From Podarcis vaucheri (taxonomy: Eukaryota): a stretch of 64,000 nucleotides of DNA. The notes beneath the pieces are model-generated. The model was given only the letters and a program-made list of their open reading frames with translations, had not been told where the DNA came from and searched no databases. The translations under genes and the position numbers were made by a program. Location of the stretch: assembly GCA_965113315.1 (NCBI GenBank), contig OZ220372.1, one strand, 5' to 3'. Below, one piece after another: positions 25,158 through 38,269 of this stretch (position 1 is the stretch's first letter; each line of letters begins with the position of its first letter).

Positions 25158-28050
25158 CTGCTGAATTTAATAGAACTTATTCCCAGGTAAGTGGTTAGAA
25201 TTAGCTGATGATAAAATTGACAAGAGCATTGTTGAAGAACTCTCTTTAGTCTCAACGAGGCAAGAGACACTATACCTACAATCATCAATGATATTGGAAT
25301 TTGTAGACTTAGTGTCTGCATGATAACATTTATGGCACAAGTCTTTAAGAGCAGGGCATATAGATATGGACATTGATGGGTCTGTCAGCTCATTGTGCAG
25401 AAATACAACTGTACCCAAACAAAATAAGAACATCTGCTGGAATGTTAAGTGTCTTTCTAATTAAATTCAGCAGTTGAATGAATCAATTCATTAGCAACAA
25501 GCCTGGTTTATTATCTCATTAATACAGCTGGCTAATACGAGGAGATTAGTTGAAAACTTGACAACAATCCCAAAACAAGAAGGGATGCAGCAACAACAAA
25601 AACATACAGCCAAGAAAACAAGGTAGAACAATGAGATGGGGTTTTCAAACAAAATAAAAATCCTAAAATAATACTTAAAAATAAAATAGAACAGTATGCC
25701 TGCTACATAAAGTTTTAACTAGAGAGGAATTACATAATATTTATCTTGTGATCTCTGCTGCTTATAATACTATGCACTAGATATAAAATTGCATGAGATG
25801 CAGCCACAAGCCTTAAATGAGATACGCAATATTAGCAATTCAGTCTAGGGGCTGGTGAGATCTATCATTATATTCTGAGATATCACCCTTAGAAGTTGCA
25901 GGACAACGCTTTTAGGCACAACTTTGAATTAGGGTTGCCATCATGAAGTCAGAGTACCTTGTAAATCATTCTCTCTAGTCCAAAGGCTTCATAGAACATG
26001 AAAAAGAACAGGTACAATTACAGCACTTCTAAGCTACCCTATAACTGTGCCTGTTTATTGTATTTTTGCAATATAGTGGGCATTACTGGACAGGTTGGGA
26101 CCAATTAATTTGTGCCAAGGTAGCATGAAATGTCCAAACAGCCATCTGCTGGTCTACATATTGGGGTAAACCAATATGCGATGTGGCTGCCCCTGCCCTG
26201 GCTCTGGGTCCATCTGAACTCTGCATTTTGGACGCATCTAAGTAACACTATGCACTGAGTCCAATACAAGGATGTTCGATAGTCTTTACCCACTGAAAGT
26301 GAAGGAGGAAAAATTATGTATTTCAGACTTACACATGTTATATTCTACAGGCATTGACATCTGACATTATGTGGGCACAGCTCTTAAAAGCAATTAGAAG
26401 ATCCTAAATCCTACAATCAAACTGTTCAGCACCTGGGCAATAGGGCTAGGACATAAATAAATTTCACATTTTTTGTGCAGTGTCATGAACTTGGATTTCC
26501 TAAGTATGAAAATAGTCTCCTATATCTAAGCTGAGTGAATTTTTAAAAGACCAGCATAATAGATACAACCAGCTTTCTGACTAAAAGATGAGCGAAAGCT
26601 TATCAGTTGAGTAAAATTCATGAACATTTTGTGAAATGCCTTAGATCTTCCTAATAAACTGAATTAGCATTTTGTTCAAGTTCATGGGAGTCATTTGTCA
26701 GTTACTTCACTCATTAACATGCTATTACTGCTACATGGGAATTAGCCAGAGCAGCCATGTGCTCCAAGACAGCACATCTCACAGATCAATCAGCCTCAGT
26801 ATTCAGCAGTGATCTACTGAATGCAAATTTAATACTTCTAAAAGGCAACTCCGTCCTGCAGCTAAACTGGGTCAATTTTACATGAGCTATGTATCGATTT
26901 TCTCAGACATCTGCTGCTACCCAAATACAAGGCTTCACTGCATAAATGCATCCAACAGTGTACATTTCAGAGGAGCAGAAAGTTACCAAAATCTTGTAAT
27001 CCAAGTTTACTTCAAACAGGTACTGCAGGAATCCAAGCCTGACAGAAATGCAACTGTATTTAACTGCAACATTGAACAGTTTTGTTCAGCACGGAAGTTT
27101 TTAGATGCTGCAGTTTCATTAGCATTAACAAGTGTTGCTATGGGTACCAGAGTGGAGGCGTCGGAATATAAGTGAATGGAAGAAATAGGAAACAGATGAA
27201 CAAAAATCTTCAACAGTTGGAGAGAAACAGCCCAAATTAGGCCAGGCTTTAAAAAAGAAGACATCTTTCCTTCTCGTATTAGTTAGTGAGTCCATGTCAC
27301 TATAAAGGTCCTTTCTAAAGGAACAATGGAGTAATATACCACTCCATATAAGATATACTTGCACACATGTAGATCATTCTGGTAGATCTTGAAAACAAGA
27401 ACATTTGTTTTAAAAAGAATAACTTTCCCAGCAATGGCGCACAGAATGCTGTATTTGTTTTAGAAATGTTATTGATTTTATCTGTTTTAATCTGTGTTTT
27501 AATGATGATGGTTTTATGTATAATTGTTTTCTAATTGACTTTTAGTTGTATTTTATCTTTAGTCTTATTTGTATACTGCTGGGAGAGCTCTATGATCAAG
27601 CAAATTATAAATCATTTAAAATAAATATGAACATCATGGGGATAGCATATTATTCCCCGTGCGAACACCCAAAATTCATTGCCCTGCAGAAAAATATTGT
27701 CTGTCTCACTACAGGGAGAATGGACTAGTCCTGTTTTGTCATTAATATCTTCTTCAGCTACATCCTGTTATTAGAAATCTTTCAGTACATGGACTGCAGA
27801 TGGATTAGAGAGAGTTGTGTCTCAGTTCGCTGGAGGCAGCAGGTTCGGAAATATATCAAGAGTTGTCACGGAGAAAGAGAAAATACCAACAGCCACTGGA
27901 TAAAACTGGTTTCAAGACCCTGTCCCACGTCATGGTCTCTCAGTTTTCCCCTCAACAAGGCACTGTCTCAGCTTTAGAACACTAGATGTGAAACGCAAAG
28001 AGCTAACAAAATAAAAACCAGAGCATACTTTCTAATATGACTGACAAATA

Positions 28051-28219
28051 TAGTCGTACCTTGGATCCCAAGCACCGGAAGTGAGTGTTCCAGTTTGCGA
28101 ACATTCTTTGGAACCCAAACGTCCTGCAGCCAGCCGGAAGCTACGCCTTGGTTTCTGAATGTTTTGGAAATCGAACGGACTTCTGGAACAGATTCTGTTC
28201 GACTTCCGAGGTACCACTG
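28051..28219. mobile_element. Tc1/mariner MITE, degenerate
   Basis: tagtcgtaccttgga...tccgaggtaccactg termini. Confidence 0.65.
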
Positions 28220-28421
28220 TGCTGAGATACAACACATTCCTCCCACGTATATTCCAGGGTTGTTGTTTTTAATTATAAAAGGAAAATGCCTACTTCCGAT
28301 TTCAACGTACGCACCTCAAGCCATGGGTTGTGAAAGTTTTGAAATAAAGGAATACAGCAACTGCCTTATACAACCGGAAGCTAGTTTAGTATTGTCCACA
28401 CTGCCCGGCAGTAGTTCTCTA

Positions 28422-28651
28422 GGAAGAGGAGGTGAGGAGTTTGGATTTGATATCCCGCTTTATCACTACCTGAAGGAGTCTCAAAGCGGCTAACATTCTC
28501 CTTTCCCTTCCTCCCCCACAACAAACACTCTGTGAGGTGAGTGGGGCTGAGGGACTTCAGAGAAGTGTGACTAGCAACAAGGTCACCCAGCAGCTGCATG
28601 TGGAGGAACGGGGAATCGAACCCAGTTCACCAGATTACGAGTCTACCACTC
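28422..28651 (-). mobile_element. Squam3-like SINE, copy 3 (head slightly truncated)
   Basis: High identity to 1926-2176. Confidence 0.82.
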
Positions 28652-31019
28652 CAGGGATTTAGCCAGGGTCTCTTCCAGCCCTACCTGGAGATGCCAATGA
28701 TTGCAGGCGAGTCCTTGGGCATGTGGTGCATATGTTCTACCACTGAGCTACAGTGTTGTGAATTACCAGTCCAGATCAAAACTCTCACAAACTGTTTGGT
28801 TAAAAGGCGGGGCCTGCTCCAAAAAATGGCAAGGCTGGGCCTTTGTGGATCAGCAGAAGGTGCATCATCTTGACAGCGATATTATTTTTGCTTTCAAGAA
28901 GATCGGATGCAGGCCAAGATAATCACTTTGCATATTCCACTTCTTCCAGGTTAGGAGGGCCACTGAGGGTCCTCTGCCCAAGCGTTCCCAACAGTAGCAA
29001 AACACCAGAATTTATAAGAGGGAAATCTTGTTTTTCCGATACGAAGTGGATGGATACCACCAAAAAGCATCCTATATTCATGTATTCGGACACTGATTAA
29101 GCTGCAACTGAACCACTAGCTCAAGGAAACATCTGTAGCTCCATCTACCCCCACCCCTTTCCCCTTGTTCAGTTGATAAAAAGGGGGTGAGACCTGGTTA
29201 GAAAATGCTCTTATTTATGGCTTCCAAATCAAAAACTATTTTTCCCCTGGGTAATGGCCAATTCTGGAACAAAAGCTCCTTACAACTCTTTCTAAGTATT
29301 CCTTTTTCTAGTTCCGCAAGCTCCCAAGTTATTAGCATCTTACATTTCTTCCTTTCTGGTCACAAAACCATGGTGCCAAACACGGAACACAAACATATCC
29401 ATGGCCAACAGCACAAACCTAGTACCTAAGCTGATTAACCCTTAAAATCACACTATTTTAGTTACAACAACTGTTTTTTAATTTTTCAATTCTCCAAAGC
29501 AAAGGGAACAGGACATAACTATGTCTTTAAAAAATGCAGCAAAATAATAGGGTTAGTATAATATTAATACCACCACTAACCCAACAGGAGCTACAACAGT
29601 CTCTAGCTCTGCCCATCATTCTCTGCCTGTGCCTACTGCCAATATGAAGACCCAGGTAATGTAGGCATCAGCAAGAACAACTTTAAATGGTCCAGTGTTA
29701 TGACAGTACTAGCATCCGTGTCATTTCAATGATCAGCAGTGTTTGCAGAGCCAAGCAACGGTTGGTTGACAAAATGTTACATCTGCATTAATGGAGGAGG
29801 GTGTTATATGAGGCCACTTGAGTGTGTTACACACACACATATGGATATACATCCCATTATATTATTTACTAAATAGGTCTCCTTGAAAACCTTACTTTCT
29901 GATTTAGGTTCTCTCCGGAGGACAGAGATGGTGCACCAACTTTGTTTCTCAAAGCAAACGTTAAACACAGAATAAGACAGTGTGGTCTTTCTGCACGAGT
30001 GGCTCAGTCCTCAATTGAAGCAGCATAGATCCTGTTTAATTCTGTGTCACTGAAGCTTTGAATAAAGCCGACTATTTTATTGGCATGCTATTATGCTTCC
30101 TTCATTCCAATCTTGAGTGCCTTTGTTTCATAGTGGCAATTCTAGCAACTTGGCCCTTTAGTTCAAATGCTCACAACAGTAGTTTCTACTTCATTAGGAA
30201 ACAAGATTGGTAGCGGCTTCAAGTCTTGCATCTCATTCTCAAACTCAGCTCTTTTGGCAAGCTTCAGTAAAATTTTAGAAGCACAAAAGATTTCCCCCCT
30301 CTGCTAACGAGAATATCTATATGAAACGTGTTCCAGGAGATTTTAAAAACGAACATATCACATATTATCTGAATGAAGCCAGTAAACCTAGGATATCTGT
30401 TTCAAATAAATAAATTCAATATATGGCTTTGAACCCATTTCCATTTAAGTTTCACATGTATTTTTGTATACGACACCCCCTTTATACAGTGCACAACAGA
30501 CAGAAGAACTAATAGTTTGCCACAGGTCAACCCAGGGATCTGCAACCTTTGGGGTACAAGGGTATATCTGGAAATCTAAGAAATTTCCTTGGGCGAGCAC
30601 GCCAAAACACCCATCTCACCAAATAAAAAATTATGCTGCACATACGATTCCTCCCCACTCTCAGACAAACAAACCTAGAACACCTCACCCAAAAAACATA
30701 GGGAGGCAAACCCCTTGCAAAAAAAAAGAAAGAAGAAAAAGAAAGGAAAAAACCCAACTCTTACTTCCTTCTCCACACTGGGCACCCCAGGATTAAACCA
30801 AGACAATCACTGTTAACTCTATAAATTTTCAAACCCCAATATTATCAGTTCCATGGAGCAGCATCAAAGGGGAAAATCCCTTCCTAGACTACGTATGTCA
30901 GTTCAGGCTGCTGCTAGGAGTTTGTATGTTTTAATGCTGCAGTGCCTGGGTGTGGCAGTAGGAAATTCTGCCTTTCCACCTACCTCTATATGCCCCCCAA
31001 TCAATCCTCCAGCATTGTG

Positions 31020-31050
<31 letters not shown>

Positions 31051-32467
31051 AGATGCTCACTTTTATTTTTAAAGAATAGCCAAGGGGCTTTATTTTATGT
31101 TCTATTTCAGGGCTGTGGTGCTTATCAACAAGATCAGAGATAAAAGATCTCTCTGGATACCCTTTAGAAAGGCTCTCTGAAGAGCAGGCAAAGGAGTTTT
31201 ATCTCCTGATCCAGAGATGTCCCAGAAGATGTATAAAAACCTTTAAATCAGTTTATAAAATGGGTTTTAGGTTAGCAGTCTCCCAAAAGTGATTTGTTCT
31301 GTGGTGCAGACCACCAGCAGATCTCATCTCTACCCCATTTCCTGGCCTTTCCCCAGATAGCCAATGCATTCACAATCCGCAAATGCTTAAATACAGCCAA
31401 ACTGGCATGTTATAGAGTTAAATCTATTTTTCTATTACAAATCTGCCTGGTAAAAAGGGAGTGGGTGAGAGGAAAGAGACATACCTTTGCTTTAAACATT
31501 AAAGTTTAATTCATTGCTATTCTAATAAAAAAATCCTCAAGGCAATCACGAAACAATAATAATAATAAAAATGTTGTATGAGAGTCGTTCAGGAATTCCC
31601 CATGAGCTCCTTGAATGTCACATGTGTTTAGACAAGCCACCCTTCAGTGCTAGCACTCCCAGTGCGGCTTACGGTAATATTAAAGCAATCAAAATAGAAA
31701 CAATAATGCCAACACTACAATACGAGAGAAAAGCAGTAAAAAACCAACCAACCAACCAGCAGCAAAATTAAAAACCAGTACAAGCCATATTTAAGGGCTA
31801 AACCAGATGAGACTCCATTCATGCAATTAGCATTTGTGTAAATGACTTTCTAAAAGCCAAACAGCAGCTCCTGCTCCAGATTAGGACCATAGTTTGTGGG
31901 GTGATGTATGTGCATGTGCAAATAGCGCTCTCTCTCTCTCACTCAGACACACACACACACAAGTGTCTTGCTCCAGATTTGAACTCCCATGCCTGCTGTC
32001 TACATTGGGGGGAAAGCTTTCAGATGCAAGGGGCAGGGGCAATCTGGATCAGAAATGCAGCAAAAGCCCCTGTGCCTCACCCACAGCAGTCTGGCTCAGG
32101 GCTCCCCTGCATCTATTTACTTTTTTTTTTTAAAAAAGGTCTCAATTCCACAGATATCATCTTGTTTACTACTGTCCTTAAAGAGCCTGGTTTGTCTCCT
32201 GGGTGCTGAAAAACACGAGATATTCAGGCAAGCCTTCCAGGAGAGCATTCCAGAAACAGGGCACAACAGCTGAAATGCTGCTTTGTCTAGTGTCACTCAA
32301 GTATCCTTCAAAGGCGCTAGAAAAGACCCTCTGAAGATGACCTCAGTGTGCAGGAAGGTTCATGTATTGCAGGAGAAGCACCAGCCAAGGACCAAGCCGT
32401 ATAAGGCTTTAAAGGAGCGGTGGGGGATCTTCCACAGCTTGAGGGCTACATTCCTGAATAAGATGAA

Positions 32468-32605
32468 TTCATAAAATCATGAGAGTTGTAAGGGGCCGCA
32501 AGGATCATCTCATCCAACTCCCGGCAATGCGGGAATCTTTCACCCAACGTGGAGCTGGAATCCATGATCCTGAGATCAAGTGTCTCGTGCTCTACCAAGT
32601 GAGCT
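32468..32605 (-). mobile_element. tRNA-Lys-derived SINE, degenerate
   Basis: Reverse complement agctcacttggtagagcacgagacacttgatctcagg...cacgttggg plus CR1-like tail. Confidence 0.65.
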
Positions 32606-32631
32606 CTCTCTCTCCCTTCTGAGCAACATTT

Positions 32632-33186
32632 TGCCAGAGCTGGAGGAGTCAGACGTAGGTCAGCAGCAAAACAATAAATCAACTGAGGCCAGTGAAGTTA
32701 ATTATTTAGTCAAGAGAACAAACCACTACTCTGGCCTAGTGGTCTCATCAATTCTTTCTGGGAGGTCTTGTCCCAATGAAGCAGCTGCGAGGACTGACGG
32801 TCCCTGCCTTCCCAGAGCCCATTAGGACTCCTCCTCTTCAGAGTCTTTCTCAAGCAGCCTCAGGCTGTATCGGCGCGCAATCCTTTCATTTCCCTTGGTG
32901 TTCTAGGAGACCAGGGTTGAGGCAAGCTGGTCGCAGCAGCAGAAGAAGGAGACTCCCTGGCTTCTGCCTCAGAGTCTGAACTGTGCTCTGCCGCAGCCTC
33001 TTCCTTTTCACAAAACCCTGTCGCCGCTTTTGCCTCTGACACCTCCGCCTCCCGGTCTGCTCCTTCTCCTTGTGACCACTCAACCCACCACCAATTGGCT
33101 GGCTCTGAGCTTTCTCCCCCTGGGGGGTTCCCTGGCTGGTGCCTTCCTCCAGGACATCTTCTGAGGGCTACATGCCGGTAGTGACA
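32632..33186 (-). mobile_element. Probable gypsy-type solo LTR, diverged relative of 44421-44971
   Basis: Minus strand TGTCA...TGGCA; same motif order as the 44.4-kb copy. Confidence 0.45.
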
Positions 33187-35667
33187 GAACCAGCAACAGA
33201 AGTGGACAGAGCAGTGGTTGCAAGTTTTACCTTTGCACGTTTCGGTACCCACTCACATATACCCCTCTAATCTCCACCCAGGCAGGCAAAAAACATTATC
33301 CGAGTTCAGCAACACAGTCCAATCAGGTGGGTGTGGAGCAAGCAAATGATATGGAGCAGGGAGTGAATATGGCCCAGGGAGAGTCCAGCGGGACAGGCAG
33401 AGAGTGCTGCATTCGTTCCCCCGGCCTGAGGTTCCCTACCCATGCTTTAAAGATAGGCACAAGCCCTTTGAATTGTAGGGATCCTCAGCCAGCAAAGCCG
33501 TTTTAGACCTAACAAGATACACTTCCCTAAAGTTACCCCTACTCAAATAATAAGGTATGTTAAACATAAGAAGAAAAGTGGCAGCATTTCAAAATGTTGA
33601 AATACCATATATATGAAATACCAAAATGTTGAAATACTATACACCATTCCTATACTAAAATTGTAATCCTATAATCTTAACCCAGGAAAAGCATAGGCAT
33701 GCATAGTCTTGTGTTATTTGTTGCTAAAGGACACAAGTTTTTTTTACACTCTGCCAAGAATCAATATATGAAGCAGACTGCTCGACTTCCCTAGAAAGGA
33801 CATTCTGTGCTTGTGGTGCCACCACCTACGTGGCCCCAAATCACATATTGTGGAATGGGATTTATCAAAAAGAAGGGAAAAAATAGCACTATATGAAATG
33901 GTATGTGGTGGGGCAGGGGTTCTCAGGTAATCAGTGGGTATGATTGTTACCTCCAGACTATATTCCTGTTGTATCCGGAGCTACATATCTTGGTGGAGCA
34001 TGCACACTTTTAATGCTACTTCCCTGTAGCAGGGCTTACGTTTTTTTAAATAAAATAAAATGCCACTCCTAACTATGCTGAAACAAAGGTGATTTCTTAT
34101 TATTTGGTAGTTATTTCACAATTCTAGATAACTGTAAGAAAAGCAGGAGCAGGAACAAACGCTAATAATTCATGGGTGTTGTTGTTGTGCAAGTGAAATA
34201 TAATGGACATAAAACCCAAGTAGAGATGTTTGAAACCTATCCATATGATATATAGGAAAGGATTGGGTGCGGGAAGCTTGTTTTCCTCCCCATTTGTTGG
34301 ATACTAGACGCTCTTGCTTCCAACCATCCATAACACTTAGTACAGTTATCAGATAATAACTTTAAAGGGTTTTACTTGTATGATAAAGATTTATTCGTAT
34401 GATTTTAATTCAGTATAATTAACATCTACTATTTTAAGAAACCCAATTTTGGTAGTGATAATAACTGGAGCTTGGAATTTAATTAGAAAAGCTATTTCAG
34501 ACATAATCACTTCTGCTTGTAATCATTACCCTTCTAACGGAACTGCACTAAAAGAATGTGCCTAAAACACCTGCTAAGGTTTCTTTAGTAGGGAAGACAT
34601 TGTTTTTACTCCTAAAGACAATTTTGAAAAGTCACAAGCCTGGAAACATCCTAAATTGCAATGTTAGCTGGAAGCACAGCCAAGACCAGATATTCCTAAG
34701 GGTCCTTTATGGCAAAGGAACAAGAAGGCTTTGGAATCTGAGAGCTTTCAATGAGTTTACTCAGGCCTTAACACAGCTGATAATACTGCTGAATAATGAA
34801 ATGGATCAACACCTGGGCACCTCTCTTCTTTTGCCAACCTGGCTTTTCCAGTTGTTTTGTACAACAACTCCCATCAGTCCAAGTCAGTATATGCTTGACA
34901 TACATTACTTATCTTCACAACAAACCTATGATGGTGACATGCAAGATGTGTGTAAGGAGATGGAGAGTATGAAAGAGAATGGTAGCTTGCCTGAAGCCAC
35001 TTAGTGAGTTCATGGCTGAGACAAGGTTTGAACTGATGACTTCCTGGCTTACAGGACACATTGGTCACCACTAAATCAGCTGTAAGATAAGTTAAGGTTA
35101 GAATGTCAAAAGCCATTTAATGAACTTAATGGCAGAATGGGGATTTGAATCCAGATTTCTCTGATCTAAGGCATGTCACCATCCATTTTAGTTATCACAC
35201 TGATTCCTTAAACATCAGATGACATTCCACTGGCCTAACCTTATTGGTGATAGTTTTCCTACAAGGTTCTTGTATACAAAGACCTGAACTTGGATCCAGG
35301 ACACCTTAAGGACTGCCTGAGCCCTTATATGCCCAGCTTTACCACCGAGATTATCCAGAGGAGCGCTGTTAGTTCTGCATTGCGTTTCAGATGGTCTCAA
35401 CTAGAACATGGGCATTCAGTGTTGTTGGTCTCATGCTGTGAAATGCTCTTTCAGCAGATACTTACTACTAACTTTCAGGTCTCTCTTGAAGACCTTTTAT
35501 ACTGATAGGTTTATTCAGTTTAGCTTTTTCCAAAAGGAGACAGCAGAAGAAGTAGTGGTAGTTATTTTGTATAATTCTCTTGATATTTCATATTTTAATG
35601 CACACTGCCTTGACATTTTATGACGGAGTAGTTTTATAAACATTTTTATAAACAGATAACATAAATA

Positions 35668-35877
35668 CAGTGGTACCTCGGGTTACACACTCCGCTAACC
35701 CAGAAATAGTGCTTCAGGTTAAGAACTTTGCTTCAGGATAAGAACAGAAATTGGGCTTTAGCGGTGCGGCGGCAGCAGGAGGCCCCATTAGCTAAAGTGG
35801 TGCTTCAGGTTAAGAACAGTTTCAGGTTAAGAACGGACCTCTGGAACAAATTAAGTACTTAACCCGAGGTACCACTG
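35668..35877 (+). mobile_element. MITE family A, copy 4
   Basis: Same TIRs, TA TSD. Confidence 0.9.
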
Positions 35878-36893
35878 TATGCCGTGAATTAGAAGTCCCC
35901 CCCCCAAAAAAATAGAGTGGCATAGAAATAATTCAAACAAACCCCTTTTTGTGTTCACCTGTGATAGAACTGAGCTGCTGTAACATAGTGAGTGCTGTTA
36001 TGCACCACTATTATGTAAATATTCACAAGCAGCTTGTTTTCTTCTGCTTCCCTGCCACATTTCCAGATTGATTACAATCAGACACAGGAGCAGGATTCCC
36101 CAGAAGCACAGTGGGAAAGGGAAGCAAGATCTAGAGATTACTAGAAGAACAACAAGTGCCCTGAGAAGAAGAGAGATGGAACACAAAAAGGCAAAAACTG
36201 TTCTTCAAGGGATGAACATCAAAGCACACTGAAATGTTGCACCTCAAGGATCTGTGGGCATACTGAAGTCTTGCAGTTTGTTCCAGTTCTTTCCTTATGC
36301 TGACTTTCATTACTGAATGGGATTTCATCTTCCTGAGGCTTCAGAGCTAGTGGCATGGCCTTTTATAAAAATCTGCAGGAAAGTGCGACAGGAGTAACTG
36401 CATAAGCACTTGGTAGACCAACTGGCCATATCAGGGATGCATACTTATGATTCAGTAACACCAAATTTTGTCATCTAGGACACCTTTTACCCATTCTCTT
36501 GTACTTCAAGAATCTGAAGCATGTGCCACTGCAAGCTAAACCAATTTCTGACAAAGATGGCATTGTGTTCGATAAACACATGCCATATGTTTGTAGAAAA
36601 TACTTGCTCATCCTGGATCTGTTTCCAGCCCTTTCCCTTCCAGTCATCTCTTTACTTCAACTCATGCACATACGGTTCCAACGTTACATCTTCATTGGTG
36701 TTTAGTAAGAGACCGGCAAAAACAGGCATGTGCCTTTCAAGGATGGAATGCAACTGCAAGCTAAGTAAAATACACGGCAAAAAGAAATAACATTCATCCC
36801 CTTTCTGTTGCAACAGAAAGCTTGGGCATAGCATCCCAAAATACACCTGACAGTACAAGTTTATTCAGAAGGAAGACTGATGGCTTTCAACAG

Positions 36894-37104
36894 TTACAGA
36901 TAGGTAGCCGTGTTGGTCTGCCATAGTCAAAATAAAAAAATCCCTTCCAGTAGCACCTTAAAGACCAACTAAGTTAGTTCTTGGTATGAGCTTTCGTGTG
37001 CATGCACACTTGGTATCTGAAGAAGTGTGCATGCACACGAAAGCTCATACCAAGAACTAACTTAGTTGATCTTTAAGGTGCTACTGGAAGGAATTTTTTT
37101 ATTT
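36894..37104. mobile_element. Penelope-like retroelement remnant (inverted pseudo-LTR palindrome)
   Basis: ~85-bp near-perfect inverted arms 36928-37106; 13-bp TSD TGGCTTTCAACAG at 36881-36893 and 37105-37117; end motif ggtagccgtgttggtctg resembles reptile Penelope-like termini. Confidence 0.8.
37009..37054 (+). ncRNA. Minimal type I hammerhead ribozyme motif
   Basis: Stem I CUUGGUAU/AUACCAAG; core CUGAAGA 37017-37023; stem II hairpin GUGUGCAUGCACAC; GAAA 37039-37042; palindromic AGCU in place of stem III; predicted cleavage after C37046. Confidence 0.75.
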
Positions 37105-37796
37105 TGGCTTTCAACAGGGTTTTCTCCCAAGCATTCAGGAAACTGCAGCTTGACAACACAGTCCTTTGCAAACTGACTCCCAAACACTTCACACTCTGTT
37201 TGGTGGGGCTTACTCCAAGTGCGTGCACAGAGTAACAGCCTGAATCCTTCAGACACCGTGCAGAGACTAGCCACAGATCTGATTTACCTGCACTTGTAGG
37301 GTTCAGAAATATATTTGGGTGAAAAGCTATATAGAAAGAGCCCGCTCTCTGTGATGATCAAGCTGGCCAACAGCTCCACGCTGGGCTGGGCAAAATATTC
37401 CTGCGTTGGAGGGGGTTGGACTAGATAACTCTCGTGGTCCCTTCCAACTGATTCATGTATCTGTAAACATTTTAGAAAATTTAAGGAGGACATATTTATT
37501 TGGCTTTGTATTATTCAGTTTTACTCCTTAAGGGTGCACCTAGTTTCCTGGAAGTAAACCAGCTGAACTCTAATGAGCTTAAATTTGAGGACCCACAGAG
37601 GAACACTGCCCTATAAAGTAGTAACGCCATCGTACTTCTCTCAAGACACGTGAAAGTATTTGCATGATGGTTTGCACACCAGGTGACGATGCCTACACGT
37701 GCTGCAGACCCTTGCAACAAGCAGGCAAGGAAACGCTGTCATTTCCCTTCCCTTGCCACGGCCTGTCAACTTTGCCACGCACCTAACTATATAAAG

Positions 37797-37921
37797 GGGT
37801 TGGCTCAGTCGGTACAGCACGAGACTCTTAATCTCAGGGTCGTGGGTTCGAGTCCTGCCTCGCAGGGGGTTACACTACATGACCCCTCGTGGCTCCCTTC
37901 CAACTCTACGATTCTAATGAT
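37797..37921 (+). mobile_element. tRNA-Lys(CTT)-derived short SINE with CR1-type tail
   Basis: ggctcagtcggtacagcacgagactcttaatctcagggtcgtgggttcgagtcc closely follows tRNA-Lys-CTT but lacks an acceptor stem; tail cccttccaactctacgattcta. Confidence 0.8.
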
Positions 37922-38002
37922 ACCACGGAAGAGGCTCAAGTGTCACGTCAGCACACAGCGCATGAAGCAGCCACCGGCTGTAACGTGGTCTCCGGAACTC
38001 AC

Positions 38003-38045
38003 CACTCTTCCTCGCCTGCTCCGCCGAGCCTTGGGGAGTTGCCAT
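38003..38045 (-). CDS. ZNF277: ZNF277 coding exon 1 (MATPQGSAEQARKS+G)
   Basis: Strong Kozak gccATGG on minus strand in CpG island; 43 nt ending at donor G|GTGAGT; phase 1 matches exon 2; head-to-head with DOCK4 as in mammals. Confidence 0.8.
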
Positions 38046-38250
38046 GGCCACGGTCTGCAGCCGAGAGGCTATCGCGCGGCGAGGCTACGCAGGCACGCGG
38101 GGGATTCCACCGGGCTGCGCCAATGGGAGAGGACGAGACGCCCCTTCCCACCGCCCCTCGTCGTCGGCGACGCAAGGGATGTCGGGAGCGCCGGGCTCCG
38201 TCTTTTGTTTCGGCCGCGGGCTCTGCCGGGAGGCGTGGCTTTCCGGAAAG

Positions 38251-38269
38251 ACTACACTTCCCATAATGC
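38251..38269 (+). promoter_or_regulatory. ZNF143/SBS (ACTACA-extended) motif
   Basis: ACTACACTTCCCATAATGC matches ACTACAnnTCCCAnAATGC consensus typical of bidirectional promoters. Confidence 0.8.

Noticed and set aside
37797-37870. Functional tRNA-Lys(CTT) gene
   Set aside because: Acceptor stem missing at both ends and runs straight into a CR1-type tail; it is a SINE head
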